64,000 nucleotides of DNA from Thermomicrobiales bacterium (GTDB lineage Bacteria; Chloroflexota; Chloroflexia; Thermomicrobiales; CFX8): positions 4,097-68,096 of the forward strand of contig JAMLIA010000006.1 of NCBI GenBank assembly GCA_023954495.1, in the 5' to 3' direction. Position 1 is the stretch's first letter. Each line of letters starts with the position of its first letter. Below the pieces are notes generated by a model. That model was not told the DNA's origin and did not search any database. It worked only from the letters and a program-made list of their open reading frames with translations. A program made the position numbers and the translations under genes. Of this stretch, positions 9,500 to 18,307 are shown in pieces.

Positions 9500-10345
9500 C
9501 TACTCCGGTAGCGCAATTGGCGTATCGTCTCGATTACCCCACTCGCCGAACGAACGGTCGTAGTTCGCAACGCGGTCGTACCCCATCAACGTCAGGACAA
9601 ACACTCCGTGCGCCGCACGGATACCACTTTGTCAATATGGTGCAACGGCTTTGCCGCGCGTGACGCCGTTACTTTCAAGCAGGGCCGCGATGTCGCCTGC
9701 GGGCCTGAAGCGCGCGTTGTGGTCCCAATCCATGAACTGTTTCCACTCGATGTGGACAGCACCTGGAATGTAGCCCTCCCGCTGGTTGTTGCGTGCGAGC
9801 GGCTTGCCGGACCACTCCAGGTCGCTCCGGACGTCCAGTGTTACGAAATCGCTCGATCCAAGTAGCGGAAGAATCAGGTCGCAGCTTGTGATGCGCTCGG
9901 CGTGCGCAGATGCGACAAAATCACCCGGGCGCAGCGGCTGCCACTCCTGTTCCACTGGATAGCCCTCCGCTACCCAGGCGATGAGCCCGCCATCTAAGAC
10001 CGCTACGTTTTCGTGACCGTAATACCAGAGAACCCACCAGCACCGCGCTGCCAGTACGCCACCCTGCGAGTCGTAGCAGACAACACGGCGACCGTTGCCA
10101 ACGCCCATGCCACCGAGAATCTCGGTCGCCTGATCTGGCGGGAGCACGCCGATATTGGTTTCGGTGTTGCGAAGATACGGATGGATCGGCATTTGTACGG
10201 CGCCGGGGATGTGTGGGCGCCCCATCGAAACTTCTGCCGCGTCACAATCTATGATCAGAATGTTGTCGGAGCCCAGCTGTGCGGCAAGCTCAGCTGGCTC
10301 AACGAGGAGATCACCACGCGGATATGTCCGCGACGAATCGATCAC
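9500..10345 (-). CDS. Two-domain rhodanese / thiosulfate sulfurtransferase with an in-frame TGA (9632..9634) at the catalytic Cys position; either a selenocysteine candidate or a nonsense pseudogene
   Basis: The gene starts at GTG 10345 behind a GAGGTGG RBS. Read through the TGA, the translation gives ..VAPY[TGA]QSGIRAAHGVFVLTLMGYDRVANYDRSFGEWGN..., where C-Q-S-G-I-R would be the rhodanese active-site loop. The frame stays open to TAG 9500..9502. Confidence 0.8.
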
Positions 10346-10377
10346 GCTGCCACCTCTTTCTTCTGCCGTGTCAACGT

Positions 10378-11211
10378 CTAGCGAACTCGTGTTGCAATGG
10401 TAATGACGTGGGGAAGCGCGACCAGAAATCGGTGCTGCTGAATGGCGCGGTCCACGGCCCGCTCCCAGCGCTTGACCGTGCTGCGATCCACCTGCCGACC
10501 TGCAATGGCGTGCTCGGCCCACACCGTCGTGATCCCCTGAACGTGTTCAGCATGCGGATTGTCGAACACCAGGAGATAGCCACGCACCTGCTCAACATAC
10601 AGCCCGACCTGCACGCAGGCCGATGGCGCTTCGCGCGCAGCCAGCGGAGAGGCATACATCGACGCCGCCGACGCCAGCACGCGGGCGGTGATTGTGGGAT
10701 CCGGGCCGGCTGCAAACGACGAGTATGGATCGTAGTCAGCCATGACCACACGTCCGCCGATGGTGAGTACCCGACAAATCTCTGACAGGACGCGGTTGAT
10801 TGGCGCGACATGCATGAGCAGTCGCTCGGCGAGCACCGCGTCGAACGTCTCGTCCGGGTACGGTAGCGTGTGGCAGTCGGCTGTCACGTAGCGGGCGTTG
10901 TCGAGGTCCAGCATTCTGGCACGGCGCGATGCAATATCGATGAAGTGCGGGTTCAGGTCGAGTCCGTGGATTTCGCCGTTGGCACCGATCCGGTCGGCGA
11001 TCCCCTCCAGCATCATCCCCGGCCCGCAGCCGAGCTCCAGCGCGACCGCGCCAGGGTACAGATGCGCGTCATCGAGAAGGGAATCGCGCAGGGACGCGAA
11101 GCGCTGGTCATCGAGTGACTCCAGGAGACCGGCCGCGATTGGGTTTGTTTGAGCAGCACTGCCCAGCGCCAACTGCTCATAGAGATCGTTTTGCCAGTGC
11201 TCCTGCGCCAA
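10378..11211 (-). CDS. Class I SAM-dependent methyltransferase
   Basis: 277-aa ORF with SAM-binding motif I (ALELGCGPGMM) and the post-I acidic residue (IHGLDLN). Confidence 0.85.
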   Translation of the reverse strand: MAQEHWQNDLYEQLALGSAAQTNPIAAGLLESLDDQRFASLRDSLLDDAHLYPGAVALELGCGPGMMLEGIADRIGANGEIHGLDLNPHFIDIASRRARMLDLDNARYVTADCHTLPYPDETFDAVLAERLLMHVAPINRVLSEICRVLTIGGRVVMADYDPYSSFAAGPDPTITARVLASAASMYASPLAAREAPSACVQVGLYVEQVRGYLLVFDNPHAEHVQGITTVWAEHAIAGRQVDRSTVKRWERAVDRAIQQHRFLVALPHVITIATRVR

Positions 11212-11301
11212 TCAGACCCATCCTTCTCCCGGTTGGAAACCTAACAGAGGTTCGCTCGTGTTTCCATGCCTCGCGCCCGCGTGTCGTGGCTGCGCTTGGC
11301 C

Positions 11302-11649
11302 CTATGCCGCCATCGCGACGGTCATTGCGGCCAGCGACAGGACTGCAACGAGGCTGAGCGTGGCGATTGTCCCAACTCGCTTGCCAAGGCGCTTGCGGAA
11401 AACCGGAGTCAGTCCGAGCGACAAAATAGCGAGTAGACCAAGGATCGGGTGAATGATCGTAATGCGGTCGGCGTCCTCAGAAATGAGGATGATTCCCAGA
11501 ATGACCTGGATGCCAAGCAGTCCGTGAGCGAGCCCGGTGAGCGCTGGTGGCACTGGCCGATCGCGTCGCCCAATGAACAGCATCGCGATGATGACGAAGA
11601 TGTAAATGATAAACAGGCTCTCGCCAAGATACCGGTGAATACTCTCCAT
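11302..11649 (-). CDS. Small hypothetical membrane protein (3-4 predicted TM helices)
   Basis: 115-aa hydrophobic ORF lying divergent to polX. No recognisable catalytic motif. Confidence 0.55.
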   Translation of the reverse strand: MESIHRYLGESLFIIYIFVIIAMLFIGRRDRPVPPALTGLAHGLLGIQVILGIILISEDADRITIIHPILGLLAILSLGLTPVFRKRLGKRVGTIATLSLVAVLSLAAMTVAMAA

Positions 11650-11775
11650 CTGGCCTCCTCGTGTTGCTGCACGGCGCGCAGCGATGCGTGCCGACGCTAC
11701 TGTAGCCTATGCTGACACGATCGTGCGATGCTGAGCGCACGATTCGTGAGATAAAGCGAGACTTCAGCCATTGGA

Positions 11776-13458
11776 ATGAGCCCCATGCTGACGAACAGCC
11801 AGATTGCCGATCATGTGCGGACGTATGCCGACCTGCTGGAAATGGCCGGCGAGAGCGGCTTCCGCCTGAACGCATACCGACGCGCGGCGGACGCGATCCG
11901 ACAGTTTGATCGGGCAGTGGCGCTGGAACCGGACCCGCGAGCCGTCCCGTCAGTAGGACCGGGAATCGCCGCGATCGTGGCTGAGCTGGTGACGACCGGC
12001 CGCTTCCAGCAACTCGATGAGTTGCAAGAGCAGATGCCCGCGTCATTGCTGGGTTTGCTGGATGTCCCCGGCGTCGGGTTGAAGACGGCCGCCCGCCTCT
12101 ATCACGAGCTCGGCATTACCTCCCTGGATGACCTCGATGCCGCGCTCCAAACCGGCAGGTTGTCGACGGTCAAGGGCATGGGGCCAAAGATTCAGGGCCG
12201 CATCGCCGACGGATTGGCATTCCTGCAGCAACGATCAGGCCGGATTTCCATCGGCGTCGCACTCCCGCTCGCCGAGCGGCTGGCGGCGGAGATCGCCACG
12301 GCAACCGGGGCACCGGTCCATATCGTTGGCTCAGTCCGCCGGATGTGCGAGACGGTCGGCAACGTCGATCTGCTTGTCATCGCACCGTCGCCGTCCTCCA
12401 GGTTGGCTGCTGTCGCGCAGCTGCCGGCCGTGGCTTCACAGACTGAGCAGGGCGCGGACTGGGCGACATTCCTGCTTCAGCAGGGGGCGATGCTCAGGGT
12501 CGCGGTTGCGCCGCCAGAGGTTGCCGGCACTGCGCTGATTCGCTGGACTGATCGAGTGAGCACGTCGCCCTGCTCGGCGGTAGCTGACAATCTACCTGTC
12601 GGCAGCAGCGAAGAAGAGGTGTACGCCGCCCTCGGAATGGCATTTATCCCGCCGGAGCTGCGCGAGAATCGCGGCGAGATTGAGGCGGCTCGGCAGAATC
12701 GACTGCCCAGACTGATCGACGTCGAGGATCTGCGTGGTGATTTGCACTTGCACTCGACCTGGTCAGACGGCGCAGGATCTCCCGAGGAGATGGCTGCGGC
12801 AGCTGGAGAGCTCGGGTACGAGTATCTGGCAATCACTGACCATTCCGGCGGGCTCGGTGTCGCGGGTGGTTTGCGACCGGAGCGGCTGACTGAGCAAATC
12901 GACTATGTCCGTGACCTGAACCCGGCTGCCCCGGTACACATGCTGGTTGGCTCAGAAGTTGAAGTGCATCGCGACGGGCGGCTCGACTTCGACGATGATC
13001 TGCTGGCGGCGCTCGATATTGTTGTCGCGTCCCTCCACAGCGGGTTGCGTCAATCTGAGGACCAATTCACGGAGCGTATGTGTCAGGCTATTGCCAATCC
13101 CAACGTCGACATCATCGCCCACCCAACTGGCAGGCTCGTCGAGCGTCGGCAGGGGGCAAGCGTCGATTGGGGGCGTGTCTTCGAGGCCGCGAAGCAGACG
13201 ACGACTGCTCTGGAGATCAATGCCGACCCAGCCAGACTCGACATGACCGACCTGGTTGCTCGTGAAGCGGCGCGTGCCGGCGTGCTGATCACCATTGATT
13301 CCGATGCGCATCATCCGGGATCGCTGCGCAACGTTCGTTACGGAGTGGGCGTCGCGCGGCGCGCATGGATCGAGCCATCGCAGGTAATCAATACATGGAC
13401 TCTGTCCGATGTGCAGGCGTGGCTCGCTGATCGGCAGGTTCCGGGTGGGCGGCACTAG
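11776..13458 (+). CDS. polX: Family X DNA polymerase with a C-terminal PHP phosphoesterase domain (PolX)
   Basis: 560-aa ORF. It has HhH-like motifs (LLDVPGVGLKTAARLY, VKGMGPKIQ) and a GSVRRMCETVGNVDLLV palm motif. The PHP motifs are present (DLHLHSTWSDG, ITDHS, DSDAHH). Confidence 0.9.
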   Translation: MSPMLTNSQIADHVRTYADLLEMAGESGFRLNAYRRAADAIRQFDRAVALEPDPRAVPSVGPGIAAIVAELVTTGRFQQLDELQEQMPASLLGLLDVPGVGLKTAARLYHELGITSLDDLDAALQTGRLSTVKGMGPKIQGRIADGLAFLQQRSGRISIGVALPLAERLAAEIATATGAPVHIVGSVRRMCETVGNVDLLVIAPSPSSRLAAVAQLPAVASQTEQGADWATFLLQQGAMLRVAVAPPEVAGTALIRWTDRVSTSPCSAVADNLPVGSSEEEVYAALGMAFIPPELRENRGEIEAARQNRLPRLIDVEDLRGDLHLHSTWSDGAGSPEEMAAAAGELGYEYLAITDHSGGLGVAGGLRPERLTEQIDYVRDLNPAAPVHMLVGSEVEVHRDGRLDFDDDLLAALDIVVASLHSGLRQSEDQFTERMCQAIANPNVDIIAHPTGRLVERRQGASVDWGRVFEAAKQTTTALEINADPARLDMTDLVAREAARAGVLITIDSDAHHPGSLRNVRYGVGVARRAWIEPSQVINTWTLSDVQAWLADRQVPGGRH

Positions 13459-13686
13459 CCACAATCTCACGCTGGGTATCGCAATTCTGCCGATTTAGGA
13501 GTATTCTGTTTAAGCGATCCGCTCGCAGGATCGGTTGACCGAATCATCGTGTGACAGAACAACCCCATCGCCCGTGATGGACCGCCGCGCGCTCGGGAAA
13601 GCCGCATCGCGCCTGCGGTATTGTTGTGTGTTTCGACCGGTGGTGATTCGTCCGGAATCGTCGCTTCGAGAGGAGGTGTGGTCCTC

Positions 13687-13932
13687 ATGATGGAAACGTA
13701 TCTTCCGGCATGGTGCGAACGAAGCAACCCGGGTCCGGACGGCAGATATTTCGTGGCCTGCTACTTCAACCGTGACGGCCACCCTGTCAGCCGGGCACGA
13801 GCCGAACGCGTTGAGCTGGTTGAGTACGCGCCGGATGGCACGGCGCTGCGTCTGGTTGAAGCAACCGTTGACAACCTCGCCCTTGAGCAGGATGTGGTCT
13901 TCACGAGCGCGGTTCAACACTTCTCAACCTGA
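13687..13932 (+). CDS. Hypothetical protein
   Basis: The ATG lies 7 nt downstream of a GAGGAGG RBS inside ORF 13621..13932. The product is 81 aa with no recognisable motif. Confidence 0.4.
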   Translation: MMETYLPAWCERSNPGPDGRYFVACYFNRDGHPVSRARAERVELVEYAPDGTALRLVEATVDNLALEQDVVFTSAVQHFST

Positions 13933-14125
13933 AATGCTCTACCTGCCGCCACCGCACGCTCAATGAGCGTATTCTTTTCCGTGCCCCGCACGACATGAGC
14001 GGGTGCCCCTCACTACCGATTATCTTCTTCTATCTCTATTCAGTGGCCAGCGATTTGCATCCGTTTCGACAGCGTTGTCCGGGACACCGGCTACGTGGAA
14101 CGCTGCCGCCTGTATCGGCGCGCAG

Positions 14126-14153
14126 TTGACTAACGTTTCGCCTGTCGTATCCT
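14126..14153 (+). promoter_or_regulatory. Sigma-70-like promoter candidate for the ABC-2 exporter operon
   Basis: TTGACT (14126..14131), a 16-nt spacer, then TATCCT (14148..14153), about 50 nt upstream of the ATG at 14201. Confidence 0.3.
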
Positions 14154-14200
14154 GAGGATGTACCCTCTTCGCGGCGAACTGTCGAAATCAAGGAGCACCT

Positions 14201-15202
14201 ATGGCTGGAAACCTCGTCGCGTCATCCAATCATCAGCTTGGTACCAACATGGCTATGCAGGATGACCGCTCTCCTGCTCACGCGACCGATGCAATCATCG
14301 ATGTACGGGGCCTCGTAAAGCAGTACGGATCTCTCACTGCGGTCGATGGCGTCAATCTCCAGGTTATGACAAACGAGATCTTCGGAATTCTGGGGCCAAA
14401 TGGCGCAGGCAAGACCACGACTCTGGAGATGGTCGAGGGCTTGCGTGAGCCGGACGCCGGTTCGATCACCATTGCCGGCATTGATGTCGTCGCCGACCCG
14501 GCAGCGGTCAAGCGTGTCATCGGCGTCCAGCTCCAGTCCACCGCATTGTTCGATCATCTCAGCGCCCGCGAGCTGATCGAGCTCTTCGCTGCGCTCTCCG
14601 GCGGCGACAGTTCTCGCCGTCGGGCTGACGAGCTGATCGCGCTGGTGTCACTGGATGAGAAAGCTGATAGCTACGCAGACCAGCTATCCGGGGGCCAGCG
14701 TCAGCGCCTGTCGATTGCGTTGGCGCTGGTTAATGATCCGTCTGTCGTCTTCCTCGACGAGCCGACGACCGGACTCGACCCGCAGGCACGGCGCAACTTA
14801 TGGGACCTCATCCGCCACCTGCGGGATAGCGGCAAGACAGTCGTGCTGACGACACACTACATGGAAGAAGCAGACGTCCTTTGCGATCGCGTAGCCGTCA
14901 TGGACCACGGCCAGATCATCGCCTGCGACACGCCTCTGGCGCTGATTCAGTCGCTCGACGTCGTTGCGTCGATCAATGCACGGGTGAATCAACCACTCGA
15001 CATCAGTGACCTGCCCGGTGCGCTGGACTCGTCCACGCAGGACGATCAGATCACGGTGAGCACGCGGGATGTGCCGCTGACGCTGACTGCGCTGCTGGCG
15101 CGGGCTGCCGAGCGCGGCGTCCAGTTGCAGAACCTCTCGACATCTCAGGCGACGCTGGAAGACGTGTTCCTGACAATGACCGGACGGAGTCTCCGCGAAT
15201 GA
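14201..15202 (+). CDS. ABC transporter ATP-binding protein (DrrA/ABC-2 exporter type)
   Basis: 333-aa ORF with Walker A (GPNGAGKTT), the ABC signature (LSGGQRQRL) and Walker B (VVFLDEPT). An AAGGAG RBS lies upstream. Confidence 0.92.
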   Translation: MAGNLVASSNHQLGTNMAMQDDRSPAHATDAIIDVRGLVKQYGSLTAVDGVNLQVMTNEIFGILGPNGAGKTTTLEMVEGLREPDAGSITIAGIDVVADPAAVKRVIGVQLQSTALFDHLSARELIELFAALSGGDSSRRRADELIALVSLDEKADSYADQLSGGQRQRLSIALALVNDPSVVFLDEPTTGLDPQARRNLWDLIRHLRDSGKTVVLTTHYMEEADVLCDRVAVMDHGQIIACDTPLALIQSLDVVASINARVNQPLDISDLPGALDSSTQDDQITVSTRDVPLTLTALLARAAERGVQLQNLSTSQATLEDVFLTMTGRSLRE

Positions 15203-16273
15203 GCGCTTTCTGGCAGATGGTCCTTGCCAATCTCAAAATGACTGTGCGCAATCGCGTCGCACTCTTCTGGAATCTCGCATTCCCGCTGATCTTCATTCTG
15301 CTCTTCGGATTCCTGTTCTCCGGCGACGATGTCAATATCAAGGTTGGCATTGTTGGGGCCGATCAATCACCAATGACGAGTCAGGTCGTCGATGCGATGA
15401 AGTCGACCGACGGATTCAGCGTCGAGACAGGTGACGAGCAGGCCGAGCTCGATCGGTTGAAAGACGGCGACCGCTCGGTGGTGGTGGTCTTCCGTGCCGC
15501 CGACAGCAACGGGCAGATCCCGACCGACGTCTATTGGGACTCAACCAGTCCGCAAACCGGCCAGGTGGCGCTCAGCGCAGTGCAGAGCTTCCTCGCGCAA
15601 GCCGGCGCGCCGGATCCGGCTAGTAAGCCGATTGCGGTATCGGTCCACTCCGTCGTGTCGACCGACCTGGACTACATAGACTTCCTGGTGCCGGGTATCC
15701 TGGCGATGACGATCATGAACTCCGGCATCCTTGGGCTCGCGTCGGCGTTCGTCTCGTACCGCGAGAAGGGCATCCTGCGGCGGATCAAGGCTACGCCGTT
15801 CCCACTCTCGTCATTCATCGGTGCGCGCATCGTCAGTCAGTTGATTGTGGCTGTCTTCCAGGCAGTGATTCTGGTGGCGGTGGGAATCGTTGTTGTTGGC
15901 CTGAACATCAACGGCAATCTGCTTTACGCGTTGATTCTCGTGATTCTTGGATCGCTGGCGTTCCTGTCGCTCGGGTTCGTCGTCGCGTCGTTTGCACGTA
16001 ACCAGAAGCAGCCGACTCACTGGCCAACGCGGTCGCGTTTCGATGCTGTTTCTGGCCGGTGTCTTCTTCCCGACTGACGCCGCACCAGCAGTGTTGCAGC
16101 CGATCATCAAGCTGATGCCGCTGCGGTATCTGGCCGACGGCCTGCGCAATGTCATGGTGCTTAACAAGTCATTGCCGGCTCAGTGGCTCAACGTCAGCGT
16201 GCTGGTGTTCACGACCGTGGTCGGGTTCCTGCTGGCGATGAAGCTGTTCCGCTGGGAATCAAACGCGGTGTAA
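15199..16273 (+). pseudogene. ABC-2 type transporter permease, disrupted by frameshift(s) near 16005..16045
   Basis: ORF 15199..16077 (frame 1) carries the N-terminal TM helices. The C-terminal part (..MLFLAGVFFPTDAAPAVLQPIIKLMPLRYLADGLR..) continues in frame 2 (ORF 15947..16273). The linking peptide ADSLANAVAF is readable only in frame 3. Confidence 0.8.
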
Positions 16274-16333
16274 TTCCACCGACGTGTGCCACTGAGTCAA
16301 CACAATGCGCCTGCCTTGGTGTGCAGGCGTATA

Positions 16334-16372
16334 GCGCGGAGGGTGGCGATTGCCGCCCTCCGTCGCGGTTTT
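16334..16372 (+). terminator. Candidate intrinsic terminator downstream of the ABC-2 operon
   Basis: 10-bp GC-rich stem ggagggtggc-gatt-gccgccctcc (16338..16361), followed within 7 nt by TTTT (16369..16372). A second hairpin, cgcctgc/gcaggcg, lies at 16308..16329. Confidence 0.45.
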
Positions 16373-16586
16373 CCGAGGCGGGTGTGACAGGCTCGGCAGC
16401 CGCATCATGCTGCTATTCAATCCATTTACTTGACAATACGGCAAACCTTGACGGTAAGCAATATGCGTATGTACGCTATGTACGTACACCCGCTGGCGAG
16501 GGTGAGAAGTTCCGATGATCGAACGGGTGAGTATTGTATGTCGAAGTTTCGTATGGGGTTGCTGGCGGGCACGATGAGTCTCGCTG

Positions 16587-17291
16587 ATGGCGAGCGTCAT
16601 CGGATCGGCCGCAGCCGCTGACACCTACACCGTCTACGACGGCGACACGCTGAGCCAGATTGCAGAACGCTACGGCATGACGGTCCGTGAGTTGACCTAC
16701 CTCAACGGTATTGACGATCCAGACCTGATTTTCCCTGGGCAGCAGATCGTTCTGTCGGGCGGCGGCAGTGGCGTAGCCGAGGAAGCCGCAGTCGAGTACT
16801 CGAGCGACGACGCGGACACGACCGAGTGGTACGACGAAGGCGTGTCGCAGGGTGGCTCGTTCGAGCTACCGCCGTACTTCCCGCAATGGCAGGTTCGCGA
16901 TCTGCTCATTGATGCGGCAAATCGGTATGGCTGGGATCCGAACCTGATCATGGCGCAGGCGTGGCAGGAGAGCTACTGGAGACAGGACGAGATCTCCTGG
17001 ACCGGCGCGATCGGCGTGATGCAGGTCATGCCGTCAACTGCCGCAGAGATGGAGTCGTGGTACTTCGGCTACGACATGAACACGTTCTACAGCGCCTACG
17101 ACAACATCGAGATGGGTGTCGCCTACCTGTCGGTGCTCTACGAAGAGACTGGCTCGGTCGAGCTCGCGCTGGCCAGCTACTATCAGGGCTGGGGCAGCGT
17201 CCAGCGCGACGGCTTCTTCCCAGACACCCACGAATACGTCGATCGCATCTTCATGTTCCAGCAGATGTTCGCGAACGGCGAGCTGCCGTAA
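16587..17291 (+). CDS. LysM-domain lytic transglycosylase (SLT domain); the signal peptide appears split off by a frameshift
   Basis: The LysM domain reads YTVYDGDTLSQIAERYGMTVRELTYLNGIDDPDLIFPGQQIVL. The SLT catalytic region reads AQAWQESYWRQD...GVMQV. The likely true start, ATG 16538 (MSKFRMGLLAGTMSL..), is in a different frame. Confidence 0.85.
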   Translation: MASVIGSAAAADTYTVYDGDTLSQIAERYGMTVRELTYLNGIDDPDLIFPGQQIVLSGGGSGVAEEAAVEYSSDDADTTEWYDEGVSQGGSFELPPYFPQWQVRDLLIDAANRYGWDPNLIMAQAWQESYWRQDEISWTGAIGVMQVMPSTAAEMESWYFGYDMNTFYSAYDNIEMGVAYLSVLYEETGSVELALASYYQGWGSVQRDGFFPDTHEYVDRIFMFQQMFANGELP

Positions 17292-17524
17292 GCGGGCCAA
17301 CGGCAACACGATACTGTTCACCAAGCGGGCGGCATTCAAGTCGCCCGCTCGGTGTGTTGTTGGCGGGTGATTGGGAGATTCGGGCCGGTGCCAAATGCAG
17401 GTACTGCGGTTCACCACCCCAAGCGCCTGTCATTTACAGCGCGCACACGCGGACTCTCTCCTGCGCCTGACCCAGTCGAACGGCTGAGTCCGATGCAGGG
17501 AAGAACGCTCCCCTGCATGCTCGA

Positions 17525-18304
17525 TTACGTGGCAGGCTGCGTCGGTCGCCCGCCCACCAACAATGCGACTCGGCACACTTCGCGTTGGCGCTCGTCCATG
17601 ATCGACCACGTTTCCGCAACTGACAACGCGAACAGATCGAGTGCCGCGTCCAGCGATTCATCCAGCGGGATGGCTGACGCTGCCAGCGCCGCGAGTTGTG
17701 TGGTGGCCCAGGCGGAACCCAAACGCTCGTTCATGCCTGCCCAGAGGACATTCTCGGATTCGTACAGCCAGCGATGATGGATTGCCAGCTTCGGTGCCAG
17801 GCGAAGCGCGAGTATTGAGCGCTGGATTGCTGCGGCGACAGCGTCGCCGCGTACGCGCGCCGCGACGAGCTTATGTACTTCTTCTGCGAAGCCGGTGATT
17901 TCCTCAGCAACCCAGTCATTCAACCGCGCATCGCCGATTGTGTCCCAACGCCAGTCAATCGCTTCCTGTTGCAATGTCGCGGCCATGCCTGATGCGTCCG
18001 CGACGATCCAGGCGTTGCGCCATCCCGGGACGACCTGTCCGACCTGCGCCGGGTCGATGAACGCTTCGCGAATGTCACTTGGTGAACGCCAGGAGACTGA
18101 CACCAGGTGGTCGCTTGCCACCTGCAGGGTGTAGCTCGGGCCTTCGCCAATTGCGTACAGATCGATGTCGGACGCGGCAGACGCGCGCCCGGAGACATGG
18201 CTACCGGTCAGCAGGACGGCGAGTGCGCCGCTCGCCGTCAGATGTTCAGCTTCGCGCTGGGCGAGGGTTCTGACAGTCGGATCAAGCGTTGTGATCTCTG
18301 GCAT
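17525..18304 (-). CDS. Nucleotidyltransferase-domain protein (KNTase/ANT(4')-like two-domain architecture)
   Basis: 259-aa ORF with the pol-beta-type NTase motif GSHVSGRASAASDIDLYAI and a helical C-terminal half. Confidence 0.65.
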   Translation of the reverse strand: MPEITTLDPTVRTLAQREAEHLTASGALAVLLTGSHVSGRASAASDIDLYAIGEGPSYTLQVASDHLVSVSWRSPSDIREAFIDPAQVGQVVPGWRNAWIVADASGMAATLQQEAIDWRWDTIGDARLNDWVAEEITGFAEEVHKLVAARVRGDAVAAAIQRSILALRLAPKLAIHHRWLYESENVLWAGMNERLGSAWATTQLAALAASAIPLDESLDAALDLFALSVAETWSIMDERQREVCRVALLVGGRPTQPAT

Positions 18305-18307
18305 GCG

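Noticed and set aside
9632-9634. Genome-wide reassignment of TGA (as in code 4 or code 25) as the explanation for the rhodanese in-frame TGA
   Set aside because: Many well-supported genes in this window terminate cleanly at TGA (for example the ABC ATPase at 15200..15202, the AtzG-like ORF at 9251..9253 and the LAL regulator). TGA is therefore a normal stop codon in this genome.
16400-16537. Possible c-di-AMP (ydaO-type) riboswitch upstream of the LysM-SLT cell-wall hydrolase
   Set aside because: The genomic context would fit, but I could not find the paired ACGGGG / CCCGA-type conserved blocks or the pseudo-two-fold architecture. I see only TTGACA/TTGACG promoter-like hexamers and a short atgtacg direct repeat. 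A covariance-model scan would settle this.
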